A stretch of DNA of 64,000 nt from Microgenomates group bacterium (GTDB lineage Bacteria; Patescibacteriota; Microgenomatia; UBA1400; MFAQ01), in NCBI GenBank assembly GCA_049303575.1, contig JBAQNH010000002.1:508541-572540 (forward strand), given 5' to 3'. Positions 48,446-58,930 of the stretch are shown in pieces. Position 1 is the stretch's first letter. The number at the start of each line of letters is the position of its first letter. The notes under the pieces were generated by a model. That model saw only the letters and a list, made by a program, of their open reading frames with translations, ran no database searches and was not told the origin of the DNA. Both the position numbers and the translations under genes were made by a program.

Positions 48446-49003
48446 ATGATTGGCTATCTTGAAGGCACTATTAAATACGCAACGACCGGAAAAATAATCC
48501 TTTTTGCCAACGGCATCGGCTTTACTGTTCACCTTCCTTCAAATTTAAATTTTTTAGAGAACCAAAAAGCATCTCTATATATTTACACTCACATCAGAGA
48601 AGATAACCTGGCCCTTTTTGGATTCAAAAACCCTGCTGATCTAGATATCTTTGAACTCTTACTAACCGTTTCCGGAGTCGGTCCCAAAATTGCTTTGGCC
48701 ATGCTTACCTCATCAACGGAAGAAAAAATCAAAAATGCTATTACCGAAAGTAATCTCGCTTTTTTCTCTTCAATTTCTGGCGTTGGCAAAAAAACTGCTC
48801 AGAAAATAATTCTCGATCTTAAATCAAAAATTGGTAAAGGTGACGTCAACATGAGCAACCTCGAAGGAAACTCGGAACTTATTGACTCACTAACAAGCCT
48901 TGGTTTCCAAAAAGGAGAAATCTCTTCCGTCTACTCTCAGATTGACTCTTCTTTGCCTTTGGGAGCACAGGTTAAATCAGCTTTAAAATTACTTCGAAAA
49001 TGA
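48446..49003 (+). CDS. ruvA: Holliday junction branch migration protein RuvA
   Basis: MIGYLEGTI...GIGFTVH; HhH GVGPKIALAML. Confidence 0.85.
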   Translation: MIGYLEGTIKYATTGKIILFANGIGFTVHLPSNLNFLENQKASLYIYTHIREDNLALFGFKNPADLDIFELLLTVSGVGPKIALAMLTSSTEEKIKNAITESNLAFFSSISGVGKKTAQKIILDLKSKIGKGDVNMSNLEGNSELIDSLTSLGFQKGEISSVYSQIDSSLPLGAQVKSALKLLRK

Positions 49004-49965
49004 CCACACAAAAGGACTCCTTTAACATTCGTCCTTCCGGTTGGTTAGATTTTTTAGGACAACCCCAAGTTGTTCGGTCGCTACAGATTGCCATTCAGGC
49101 CGCCAAGTCCAGACAAGAACCCATGGAACACACTCTACTATATGGTCCTCCTGGTCTGGGAAAAACGACTCTCGCTCACATCATTGCCAACGAAATGGGA
49201 GTCAATCTTAAAATTACCTCCGGTCCGGCTTTAACCAGAGCCGGTGACCTGGCCTCCATTCTTACTGCCCTCGAACCGGGTGATGTTTTGTTCATTGACG
49301 AAATTCATCGCCTTAACAAACCGGTCGAAGAAGCTCTCTATCCCGCCATGGAAGACTATGCCATCGATATTATTCTCGGCAAAGGACCGGCCGCCAAAAA
49401 CCTTCGCTTGGATCTCAATCCTTTTACTCTCATCGGAGCTACCACTCAAGCCGGGAAAATTAGCTCACCCTTGAGAGATCGTTTTGGAATTGTTCATCGT
49501 TTACGTTTCTACGAACCGGAAGAACTCAAAGGTATCATTCTCAAAGCTGCTCAAAAACTCAAACTAAAACTTGACGAGGACTCCGCCCTGGAAATCGCCA
49601 AGCGATCTCGTGGTACGGCTCGTATTGCTCTAAAGCTTCTTCGACGTGTCCGCGATTTTAATTTAGTTGAACACGACTCTAAATCAAATCTAGACATTAC
49701 TCAAAAATCTCTTGAATTCTACGAAGTCGACAATGAAGGGTTGGATGCCACCGATCGTCGTCTCTTGGAGGCCATCATTAATCAACATGCGGGCGGACCT
49801 GTTGGCTTGGAAACCTTAGCCGCTATTATCTCCGAATCAGTTGATACCATAAGCGACCTCTACGAACCATACCTCCTGCAGTCCGGCTTTTTGTCTAAAA
49901 CTAGTCGTGGTCGAGTGGCCACAGACAAAGCCTATCAACACCTCGGAAAGACCAAGCCCTTATAA
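49000..49965 (+). CDS. ruvB: Holliday junction branch migration ATPase RuvB
   Basis: Walker A GPPGLGKTTLAHIIA; AAA+. Confidence 0.9.
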   Translation: MTTQKDSFNIRPSGWLDFLGQPQVVRSLQIAIQAAKSRQEPMEHTLLYGPPGLGKTTLAHIIANEMGVNLKITSGPALTRAGDLASILTALEPGDVLFIDEIHRLNKPVEEALYPAMEDYAIDIILGKGPAAKNLRLDLNPFTLIGATTQAGKISSPLRDRFGIVHRLRFYEPEELKGIILKAAQKLKLKLDEDSALEIAKRSRGTARIALKLLRRVRDFNLVEHDSKSNLDITQKSLEFYEVDNEGLDATDRRLLEAIINQHAGGPVGLETLAAIISESVDTISDLYEPYLLQSGFLSKTSRGRVATDKAYQHLGKTKPL

Positions 49966-51109
49966 TATTAGTGTGTCTCTTGTTGCCTTACTCATTAGCC
50001 TTTTAATTTATCTGGCGTCATTTAGCAATACTCTGGCGATTTCGGATCCTCTTTCCATACCCAATAACAAAATCGGCATTCACGTTCTCTTTCCCGACGA
50101 AGTCGATTCTGCCGCCAAAGTTGTTAACAACAACGGCAAAGGGGACTGGGGTTATCTTACTATTCCCATTCAAGCCTCAGATAGAGATCGGGTCAAATGG
50201 CAAAGATTTTTTGATCAAACCAAAGACAAAAGAGTCATTCCCATCATCAGAGTTGCCACGGTACCCGAAGGTTCAAACTGGGTAGAGCCAAACAACTATG
50301 ACTTAGTTGATTTTGCCAACTTCCTCGGTGATCTCAACTGGCCGACGGAAAATCGTTACATCATTATCTTTAATGAAGTTAATCGTTCGGACGAATATGG
50401 CGGTTATGTCTCACCGGAAAAATATGCGGACATCTTAAACAACGCCATCGACATTTTTAAAGCCAAGTCTCCTGACTTCTTTATCCTTCCTGCCGGTCTG
50501 GATAACGCCGCCTCAAATAGCAAGACATCCCTAAACTGGCGTCTTTATCTCGAAAGAATGTATCTGCGCCACCCCGATATTTTTAATAAAATTGATGGAT
50601 GGACTTCTCACGCTTACCCTAATCCCGATTTTTCCTCAAGACCTGATAAATCCGGATCAAATAAAATTGACTCTTATCGCACCGATCTCCGCTTCATTAG
50701 ACTTTTCAGTAATAAAAAACTTCCTGTTTTCATCACCGAAACCGGTTGGTCAAACAAGAATCTTTCCGATCACCAGATCGCTCTCTATTACCAGTACGCC
50801 CTCACTCATCAGTGGGCAGATGGAAACATTGTCGCCATCACCCCGTTTTTACTCAACGCTCAAGAAGGAGCTTTTGAAACCTTCAGTTTTAAAAAAGAGG
50901 ATGGTTCTTTAAAAGAATTTTCCACCACTTTCAGTTCCTATGCTACCAAAGGAGAACCAAAATCCTCGGTCATTTCCGAATCAAAGATAGCCACTCCCTC
51001 ATCGGGTATAAGTATCACTCCGGTAATACCAACTGGCGAGAACTCTCAAGCCATTCTCATTAAGCTTTACAATAGTTTAAAGTCCCTTATCGGGATCTTT
51101 GGCAAATGA
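49907..51109 (+). CDS. Secreted TIM-barrel glycoside-hydrolase-like protein (clan GH-A-like NE / ETG motifs)
   Basis: Signal anchor; IIIFNEVN (acid/base-like) and VFITETGW (nucleophile-like); 59-nt frame overlap with ruvB, start codon uncertain. Confidence 0.4.
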   Translation: MVEWPQTKPINTSERPSPYNISVSLVALLISLLIYLASFSNTLAISDPLSIPNNKIGIHVLFPDEVDSAAKVVNNNGKGDWGYLTIPIQASDRDRVKWQRFFDQTKDKRVIPIIRVATVPEGSNWVEPNNYDLVDFANFLGDLNWPTENRYIIIFNEVNRSDEYGGYVSPEKYADILNNAIDIFKAKSPDFFILPAGLDNAASNSKTSLNWRLYLERMYLRHPDIFNKIDGWTSHAYPNPDFSSRPDKSGSNKIDSYRTDLRFIRLFSNKKLPVFITETGWSNKNLSDHQIALYYQYALTHQWADGNIVAITPFLLNAQEGAFETFSFKKEDGSLKEFSTTFSSYATKGEPKSSVISESKIATPSSGISITPVIPTGENSQAILIKLYNSLKSLIGIFGK

Positions 51110-51789
51110 TCATTCTACACGGCGAAGACGCCAACAAATCATACGGTAGACTCGTTGTTCTTACCGAAGAACTAAAGTCAAAACAAATAGAGGTCATAAC
51201 TTATGACGCCACCGAACTGGACATCACTCGTCTTCGTCAGGAGATTAGTTCAAATGGCTTGTTTGGCTCCTCAAAATGTTTTGTCATCAAAAATCTGCTC
51301 AGTGGTACCAAATCCAAAAATGTCGATAAATTACTTGCCGTCATCAATCAGGAAACAGATCACGAAATAATTCTTTGGGAAAACAAAAACCTTTCGGCTA
51401 CGATACTCAAAAAATTTCCCAAGGCCAACATCGAAGGCTTTTCAATTAGTCCGGTCATCTTCAAGTTTCTCGACTCACTTCGTCCCCACAATACCCAAAA
51501 TATTCTTCTTTCTTGGAAAAAATTGCTTAATGAAGGCACCGAACCGGAGTTTGTTTTTGCCATGTCTGTTCGTCAAATTAAACTCTTGATCCAAGCCAAG
51601 TCCGGTCCATCATTTATCAAACTGGCTCCCTATCCAACGAGATTAATTACCCAACAAGCCACCTATTTTACCCTTGATCATTTACTCACTTTGTACAAAA
51701 TTCTCTCCGAAATTGATATTAAGATTAAGACGGGCACGAGTAGTAATACCATCGATAACCTGTTGACAAACTTTTTCCAAAAAATCTAA
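51106..51789 (+). CDS. holA: DNA polymerase III delta subunit-like
   Basis: MIILHGEDANKSYG N-terminus and size typical of short HolA; weak. Confidence 0.4.
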   Translation: MIILHGEDANKSYGRLVVLTEELKSKQIEVITYDATELDITRLRQEISSNGLFGSSKCFVIKNLLSGTKSKNVDKLLAVINQETDHEIILWENKNLSATILKKFPKANIEGFSISPVIFKFLDSLRPHNTQNILLSWKKLLNEGTEPEFVFAMSVRQIKLLIQAKSGPSFIKLAPYPTRLITQQATYFTLDHLLTLYKILSEIDIKIKTGTSSNTIDNLLTNFFQKI

Positions 51790-51790
51790 A

Positions 51791-53650
51791 ATGGTAAGTA
51801 GAAATAACATTATGAAAAAAATATTAATTTCTTTACTTCTTTTATTTGGCGTCTTACTTTTCCCAACACCTTCCTTTGCCAAAAGCTACACCATCGATAA
51901 TGCCGACATTGATATTGTTATTAACAAAGATGGCTCAGCCAATGTCCAGGAAACTCGTACCTATACCTTTGTTGGTCATTTTGAAAATGGTTGGTGGTCT
52001 ACCGGAACAAAAAAAGCCTGCACCAATACCAAATGCGATCGGTTGGTAATAAAGGACCTTCAGGTTAAAGAAGGTAGTACTCCAATAAACTTCACCACCA
52101 AGATAGAAAACAATCAGCAAACTGTCAGTTGGAAATATACTGCCGATGACGAAACCAAAGACTTTACTGTCGCTTACACCATTGAAAATGCCATCAATAA
52201 CTATCTCGACACTGCCGAGTTTTACTGGCAGATCATTCAAGAGGGTTGGGGAGTTCCAACTCAAAGTCTAATTACTACCATTCATCTCCCGTATCCTTCC
52301 CCAGACGAATCCTTAAAAGCTTGGGGGCATGGGCCTCTCACCGGCAAAGTGACTATTCCCAACGCAACTACTATTGTTTTTTCTGCTCAAAACATTCCGG
52401 CCGATACTTTTGTCGAAGGTCGTGTTCTCTTTCCCAGACTTCCTGGAGTTAATACCGAAAACGAGAACGCCCTCGAACGTATCGTAAACGAAGAAGCAAA
52501 CTGGATAAACGAAACCATTGCGACTGCAAAATCCTCGAAAAGACCCATCAATTATGTCCTTATATATATCATATTATCTACCTCTGGTCTCTTGATTTTA
52601 GCTAGATTTATTTACTGGCTAGTCAAGTGGAGAAAAGTAGGCAAAGATCTACCTCTACCTGAAGTTAATCTTGCTGGTAGTCTTCACGAACCGCCCTCAG
52701 ACATCGAACCTGTTCTGGTTGAGGCTCTTCTCAGTCCGTTCTACACTCCCTCCGCTAAGTCCATCACGGCGACAATTCTTGAACTCTGTCGCAAAAAGTT
52801 ACTAAAAATATCTCAAGAATATCGCGGTCCGGTTTTGGGAATTTTTCCTCAAGAACCGGAGATTTGGTTTGAGTTGCTGGAAAACAAAAAACAGACCCTC
52901 ACTCAAAACGAAGAGGATATCATTCACCTGCTTTATCTGGATGAAGAACCAAAGATTTCTAAATCAAAAATGCTCAGTAAGCTGAAATCTGATACTGGCG
53001 CCCGATCACATTTTCAGTCATGGAAGTCACAGTTTGAAGGTGTCTTGTTAAAAAACGATTTCCTCGACAAAAAAAGTCATACCATGCAAAGTACTTTAGC
53101 CATCGATATTGTCATTGGTTTTGTTTTTGGAGTGCTATTTTTAATCATTACAAAATCTGCTTCTCCAGAAGACCCTACCACTCCCGTAATTATGACCGGA
53201 TTACTCATCCAGTTTATTATCTTTACTATCGCCATCGCCACCCTTAGCGGTTTTATGGATCGGCTAACTCCTAAAGGTGCTCAAGAAAAAGCTTCCTGGC
53301 TCGCCTTTAAAAAATATCTAGAAGACTATTCTGTTACCAAAAAATCTCCACTCGAGTCCGTCATTATCTGGGAAAAATACCTTGTCTATGGTGCCGCTTT
53401 GGGTATATCACTTAAAGCCCTTTCGGAACTACCACTCAAGTTTGGTGATGAAGCCCAGTCTTCATTTGTTTATCTGGCCGCTATGAATACCTCGGGAAAC
53501 AACTTTGATTTGTCTTCAATCGGGACAGGTCTTGAATCTGTTAGTACTTCATTTGCTAGTTACGGCGCTTCTGGTTCAGGAGGAAGTGGTGGTTTTTCAG
53601 GAGGCGGCGGTGGAGGCGGTGGGGGTGGTGGAGGCGGTGGCATGAGCTAG
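51791..53650 (+). CDS. DUF2207-family membrane protein with poly-Gly C-terminal tail
   Basis: Signal peptide, large ectodomain, TM segments, tail SGSGGSGGFSGGGGGGGGGGGGGGMS. Confidence 0.55.
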   Translation: MVSRNNIMKKILISLLLLFGVLLFPTPSFAKSYTIDNADIDIVINKDGSANVQETRTYTFVGHFENGWWSTGTKKACTNTKCDRLVIKDLQVKEGSTPINFTTKIENNQQTVSWKYTADDETKDFTVAYTIENAINNYLDTAEFYWQIIQEGWGVPTQSLITTIHLPYPSPDESLKAWGHGPLTGKVTIPNATTIVFSAQNIPADTFVEGRVLFPRLPGVNTENENALERIVNEEANWINETIATAKSSKRPINYVLIYIILSTSGLLILARFIYWLVKWRKVGKDLPLPEVNLAGSLHEPPSDIEPVLVEALLSPFYTPSAKSITATILELCRKKLLKISQEYRGPVLGIFPQEPEIWFELLENKKQTLTQNEEDIIHLLYLDEEPKISKSKMLSKLKSDTGARSHFQSWKSQFEGVLLKNDFLDKKSHTMQSTLAIDIVIGFVFGVLFLIITKSASPEDPTTPVIMTGLLIQFIIFTIAIATLSGFMDRLTPKGAQEKASWLAFKKYLEDYSVTKKSPLESVIIWEKYLVYGAALGISLKALSELPLKFGDEAQSSFVYLAAMNTSGNNFDLSSIGTGLESVSTSFASYGASGSGGSGGFSGGGGGGGGGGGGGGMS

Positions 53651-53674
53651 CCGGAATCATGTAAGATTAATTAC

Positions 53675-56089
53675 ATGAAGTGGCAGGGATTATCCAATAC
53701 GGAAATTCAGGACAAAAGAAAAATATACGGTAGTAATACTTTGCCGGAAAAAGAACCGACAACTTGGTTTTCTATTGCCCTTAATCAATTCAAAAGCCCC
53801 TTAATTTACATCCTTCTTTTTGTCATTGCTGCCTCCCTAATTTTCAGAGAAATAGAAGATGCCATTCTTGTTTCTGCAGTGGTATTGCTCAACGTATTCA
53901 TGGGTTTTTTCCAAGAATATGGCGCTCAAAAAACTCTTAAAAATCTTCACAAGATTGTCCAACAGATGGTTCTCGTTATTAGAGAAGGACAAAGACTCAA
54001 TCTTGATGTCAAAGAATTGGTACCAGGAGACATCATTCTGCTTGGATCTGGAGACAAGATTCCGGCAGATGGCACTGTTCTTGAAGGTTCAATTTTTGTC
54101 AGTGAAGCAATTCTCACCGGAGAAGAAGAACCTGTTGAAAAAGACGAGCACATAAAAAACAATCGTCTCTTCATGGGAACTGTTGTCCTCTCGGGTAGAT
54201 GCACTGCCAGGGTCGAAAAAATTGGTGCCGCAACCGAGGTCGGCAAGATTGGTGTCAGTTTGACGGAAATTAAAGAAAGAAAAACACCTCTTCAAATTAA
54301 ACTCGAATCATTCTCCCAAAAACTAGCTCTCTTAGTTGCCATTATGGGTGTTTTGATATTTATCATCGGGGTTTTAAACAGTCATGGCATTTTTGAAATG
54401 ATACGTTTTTCCGTCATACTTTCAATTGCCGCCATCCCCGAAGGACTTCCCATCGCCGTAACAGTCATTCTCTCCTTGGGTATGAATCGAGTACTAAAAC
54501 GTAAAGGACTGGTCAAAAAACTTCTCTCCATTGAAACTCTTGGCTCAACGTCAGTGATTTGTACCGATAAAACCGGCACCATTACCGAAGGCGTGATGAG
54601 AGTTGTCATGGTTGACACTAAAGATCAAGAGAAGCTTCTATCTGGCCTTGCGGTATTAAATACCAGAAGAACAAGTCTGGAAATAGCTACTTGGGAGTAT
54701 CTCAAAAAACAATTAAAAATTGATCCGCAAATAGTAATTGATAAATACAAAATCCTTCACGAAGAAATTTTTGAAAGTGAAAAAAAATATGCTCTGACCA
54801 TGGTTCAAAGAGGTAAAAACAAAGAAACATTTATCTTGGGAGCACCGGAGATTATTCTCAAATTTTGTCAGGATGATCCAAAAACTAAAATTAAAATAAA
54901 TAACCAGTTCCTTCAATGGACTGGTGAAGGTCACCGGGCTGTAGGTTTGGTACACAAAAACAATATCTCAAAAACAAAAACGGATTTCAGGTGGTTGGGA
55001 TTAATCGGGATTGAGGATCCCATTAGACCGGGAGTTAAAGAAGCCATCAGCAAAGCTATAAGTGCCGGCATCAACGTTAAGATTGTCACCGGTGATTTTA
55101 GAAATACGGCCGAAAAAGTATCCGAAAATATTGGTCTTGTCATCACCCGAAACAGCGTTATGGAAGGCGAGGAATTGGAAAAAATATCAACTAAAGATCT
55201 GGGTTCAAAAATTGACCATATTAATTTATTTTGCCGTGTTTCTCCACATCAGAAATTAAAAATCATCTCTGTTCTTCAAGAAAAGGGGGAGGTAGTTGCC
55301 ATGACGGGAGATGGAGTCAATGATGCCCCGGCCCTAAAAAAGGCTGACATTGGGGTAGTGGTTGGCTCGGCTACCGATGTTGCCAAAGACTCGGGAGATT
55401 TAATTCTTTTGGATAATAACTTCAAAACCATTGTTTCCGCTTGTGAAGAAGGCCGCATAATTTATCAAAATATCATTAAGGTAGTGGGTTATGTCCTTTC
55501 AAACTCTCTCGCCGAAATCGTACTCATCGTTGGTGCCATGATTCTCAACATTCCCTTCCCTCTGACTATTGTGCAAATTCTTTGGCTTCACCTCATTTGT
55601 GACGGTCCACCGGACATTGCTCTGGGGTTTGAACCGGGAGACCCCAAAATTATGGAGGAAAAACCAAACAATCATCAGAAGGAAAATATTCTCAGCCGCT
55701 CCATGCTTTTCCTCATCTTTGCCATTAGTCTCACAGCAGGGCTAGTCTCACTTGCAATATTTTCTCAGCAATTAAAATTTGGAGATCTTGATCTGGCACG
55801 CACCACCGTCTTCGGCATCATTGGTTCCATTGACCTCATCTACGTCTTCGCCTACAAAGACCTCCGCAAACCGGTACTCAAACTTCAAAAAATATTTAAT
55901 AATAAATTCCTTCTGCTGAGCATTCTTTATGGCTTTACCATCCTGCTCTTTGGTATCTATCACCCCGCTGCTCAAAAATTATTACACACCGTCAGTCTTC
56001 CTCCATCAGCCTGGGTATTGATCATTGGTGTGGCCTTGCTTACAACCCTTTGGGTTGAAATAGTTAAGAAATTTAGGAAAATCTACTGA
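53675..56089 (+). CDS. P-type cation-transporting ATPase (type II, Ca2+/Mg2+-like)
   Basis: ICTDKTGTITEG phosphorylation site, TGDGVNDAPALKKADIGV hinge. Confidence 0.85.
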   Translation: MKWQGLSNTEIQDKRKIYGSNTLPEKEPTTWFSIALNQFKSPLIYILLFVIAASLIFREIEDAILVSAVVLLNVFMGFFQEYGAQKTLKNLHKIVQQMVLVIREGQRLNLDVKELVPGDIILLGSGDKIPADGTVLEGSIFVSEAILTGEEEPVEKDEHIKNNRLFMGTVVLSGRCTARVEKIGAATEVGKIGVSLTEIKERKTPLQIKLESFSQKLALLVAIMGVLIFIIGVLNSHGIFEMIRFSVILSIAAIPEGLPIAVTVILSLGMNRVLKRKGLVKKLLSIETLGSTSVICTDKTGTITEGVMRVVMVDTKDQEKLLSGLAVLNTRRTSLEIATWEYLKKQLKIDPQIVIDKYKILHEEIFESEKKYALTMVQRGKNKETFILGAPEIILKFCQDDPKTKIKINNQFLQWTGEGHRAVGLVHKNNISKTKTDFRWLGLIGIEDPIRPGVKEAISKAISAGINVKIVTGDFRNTAEKVSENIGLVITRNSVMEGEELEKISTKDLGSKIDHINLFCRVSPHQKLKIISVLQEKGEVVAMTGDGVNDAPALKKADIGVVVGSATDVAKDSGDLILLDNNFKTIVSACEEGRIIYQNIIKVVGYVLSNSLAEIVLIVGAMILNIPFPLTIVQILWLHLICDGPPDIALGFEPGDPKIMEEKPNNHQKENILSRSMLFLIFAISLTAGLVSLAIFSQQLKFGDLDLARTTVFGIIGSIDLIYVFAYKDLRKPVLKLQKIFNNKFLLLSILYGFTILLFGIYHPAAQKLLHTVSLPPSAWVLIIGVALLTTLWVEIVKKFRKIY

Positions 56090-56211
56090 ATCTATGCTAC
56101 AATATCCCATATTGTTCTTACGGCCGAGCATTTAGCTCGTCTTGCTTGACGCTCTCACGATTGTCCAGCTAGTATTTTCCATAGGACAATCGGGGAAAAC
56201 CCCCATTAAAT

Positions 56212-57429
56212 ATGTTTAACCGTCGCCCTTCTGGCGGACGTGGCTATTCTAGTCATGGTTCAAATCGTGGTGCCAGCCACTCATTTAATAGAAATTCTTT
56301 TAGCAACAAGAGAGCTCGTTTCATGCCTAAAGCACTGGACCCTCGCATGTTTGTCCGAGCTGCTATGCCGGAAATTCAAGAGGAAATAATTACCCAACAC
56401 ACCTTTGAAGATTACGGTCTTTCTGAACAAATACTACGTAACGTCAGGGCAAAAGGCTACGTTACCCCAACCCCCATTCAGGATCAAGCTCTCGAAGCCG
56501 CCTTGTCTGGTAGAGATGTTTTGGGTTTAGCCGACACCGGTACTGGTAAAACCGCCGTCTTTGCTTTGGCGGTCATCAAAAAGATAATTGAAAACCCCAA
56601 CGACACTGCTTTAGTGGTTGCCCCAACCAGAGAGTTAGCTGTACAGATTAGAGACGAAATTAGATCTCTTTCTGGTGGACTCCAGATATATGCCAGTCTC
56701 TTCATTGGAGGCTCGGATATAAGACGTCAGCTAGATGAACTCAGACGTCGTCCCAATGTCTATATTGGCACACCAGGACGCCTCAGAGACCTCTATAATC
56801 GCCGTGCTTTAAATCTAAACGATACTCGTACTGTTGTTCTTGACGAAGTCGACAGAATGCTCGACATGGGTTTCGTTCACGAAATTACCGAGCTTCTCTC
56901 CTTCTTACCGGAAAATCATCAAACTTTACTTTTCTCCGCCACAATTGACCAAAAAGTTGAAGGCATTGCCTTTCAATTCATGAACAATCCCGAAAAAATC
57001 TCCGTCAAAACCAACGCTGGCTCCCTGAACGTTGATCAAAACATTCTTAGAGCTTCCGGAAAACAAGGCAAATATGCCGTTCTAAATGATTTACTGTCCA
57101 AAGAAACTTTTAGAAAGGTCCTTATCTTCGGTCGTACCAAATATGGTGTCGAAGAAATTGCCATTACCTTACAAAAATCAGGTTTTAACGCCGACTCAAT
57201 TCATGGTGACAAACGCCAAAATCAGCGCGAAACTGTTTTAAGAAAGTTCAAGGAAAATCAAATCCGTATTCTCTGTGCTACTGACGTTGCTGCTCGCGGA
57301 ATTGATGTCAAAGACATCACCCACGTCATCAACTTTGATCAGCCAGCCACTTACGATGATTACATTCATCGTATCGGCCGCACCGGTAGAGCAGGCAAAT
57401 CGGGAATTGCTCTTACCTTTGTTGACTAA
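56212..57429 (+). CDS. DEAD-box ATP-dependent RNA helicase (DEVD variant) with N-terminal RG/S-rich tail
   Basis: Q-motif, ADTGTGKT, VLDEVDRM, SAT, HRIGRTGRAG. Confidence 0.85.
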   Translation: MFNRRPSGGRGYSSHGSNRGASHSFNRNSFSNKRARFMPKALDPRMFVRAAMPEIQEEIITQHTFEDYGLSEQILRNVRAKGYVTPTPIQDQALEAALSGRDVLGLADTGTGKTAVFALAVIKKIIENPNDTALVVAPTRELAVQIRDEIRSLSGGLQIYASLFIGGSDIRRQLDELRRRPNVYIGTPGRLRDLYNRRALNLNDTRTVVLDEVDRMLDMGFVHEITELLSFLPENHQTLLFSATIDQKVEGIAFQFMNNPEKISVKTNAGSLNVDQNILRASGKQGKYAVLNDLLSKETFRKVLIFGRTKYGVEEIAITLQKSGFNADSIHGDKRQNQRETVLRKFKENQIRILCATDVAARGIDVKDITHVINFDQPATYDDYIHRIGRTGRAGKSGIALTFVD

Positions 57430-57483
57430 ATCAACGAAAAAAACGCACGATTCAAAAATAATCTGTATTGGTATACTTTATCT

Positions 57484-58890
57484 ATGCAGATAAACCCAAA
57501 CATCTATCGTGGATATGATCTACGCGGAGTATCCGATGTTGACCTCTCACCGGAAATTTACTACACCCTTGGACGCGGCTATGCGACTTTTTTGACACAA
57601 CGTCGTATTACTCTCTGTCCGGTAGGTTGTGACAATAGACTCACCAGTGAAGAATATAAAAACTCCTTTATCAAAGGATTAAACGATGGGGGAATCGACA
57701 CCATTGACCTGGGTCTTTCCATGAGCCAGATAATTTATTTCAGCTCTTACGAATACTTAACCAAGGCTGGCGCTATGATCACCGCCTCCCACAATCCCAA
57801 AGAATACAACGGACTCAAGCTATCTGTCGGGTACTCCGATACTATGGTTACGGAAGAAATCCAAGTACTTAAAAAAATAGTCGACGAAGGCGCTTTCTCA
57901 AAAGGTCAGGGTAAAAATACCAAGAAAGATATCTTCCCGACCTATTTAGCAGAAATTACCAAATACTTTAATTTATTAAGGAAATGGAAAGTAGTTATCG
58001 ATGGTTGTAATACAGGATCTGGAATATTTTACCCACAGATACTCAGAAGTGCCGGCTGCGAAGTTATTGAACAAAACTGTACCCCCGATGGTAACTATCC
58101 TCTCGGGAATCCCGATCCGACCGAAACAGAAGTACTGGAAAGATTAGCTAAAACAGTCACCGAGGAAAAAGCCGACATTGGTTTTGCCTATGATGCTGAC
58201 GGAGACAGAGTCGCTGTTGTCGACAATACTGGACAAGTGCTTTGGATGGACACCATCGTTGCTCTATATGCTCAAGATGTTCTGGACTTTATTCCAGGAG
58301 CTCCCATCGTTTACAACAATCTCTGTTCCAAGGTTGTTTCTGAAACAATCGTAAACAAAGGTGGACTACCAATCGTTTCCAGAACAGGGCACTCATTTGT
58401 AAAAGCCAAAATTAAAGAAGTTCGTTCTCCCTTTGGTGGTGAACTTTCCGGGCACATCTTTTTCATGGACAATTTTTATGGTCATGACGATGCCGCCTAC
58501 GCCTCACTCCGTTTATTAAGTTATTTAGAAAGAACAGATCAAGACCTTCACCAGGCAGTTGAAAAATTACCAAAATACTTTAGTAGTCCGGAAATTAAAC
58601 TTGGTTTGGCTGACAACATTAAATTTCAATTAATTGCCGGACCAATTAAAGAAGATTTAATTAAATTAATTCCTTACGGAACAGTAAACGAAATCGATGG
58701 TATCCGTATTGACACGAAAGAGTCTATGGTCGTTGTTCGAGCTTCACAAAATGGACCGTACCTTACCACCAAGTTTGAAAGTAAAACTCTTGATGGTTAC
58801 GATGAACTTAAAAGTGGAATTGCCAAAATATTTAAAAAATATCCGGAGATAGACTGGTCCACTGGTTCAAACACTTCATCTCTCTCCTAA
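57484..58890 (+). CDS. Phosphoglucomutase/phosphomannomutase family protein
   Basis: Active-site MITASHNPKEYNGLKL; GFAYDADGDR metal loop. Confidence 0.85.
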   Translation: MQINPNIYRGYDLRGVSDVDLSPEIYYTLGRGYATFLTQRRITLCPVGCDNRLTSEEYKNSFIKGLNDGGIDTIDLGLSMSQIIYFSSYEYLTKAGAMITASHNPKEYNGLKLSVGYSDTMVTEEIQVLKKIVDEGAFSKGQGKNTKKDIFPTYLAEITKYFNLLRKWKVVIDGCNTGSGIFYPQILRSAGCEVIEQNCTPDGNYPLGNPDPTETEVLERLAKTVTEEKADIGFAYDADGDRVAVVDNTGQVLWMDTIVALYAQDVLDFIPGAPIVYNNLCSKVVSETIVNKGGLPIVSRTGHSFVKAKIKEVRSPFGGELSGHIFFMDNFYGHDDAAYASLRLLSYLERTDQDLHQAVEKLPKYFSSPEIKLGLADNIKFQLIAGPIKEDLIKLIPYGTVNEIDGIRIDTKESMVVVRASQNGPYLTTKFESKTLDGYDELKSGIAKIFKKYPEIDWSTGSNTSSLS

Positions 58891-58930
58891 GACTATTGAG
58901 TTGTCAAAGTAACTTGTATATAGTGACCTG

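Noticed and set aside
53578-53645. Tandem GGN repeat considered as possible CRISPR-like or minisatellite repeat
   Set aside because: It is in-frame coding sequence for the poly-Gly tail of the DUF2207 protein. Reported only as a slippage-prone tract.
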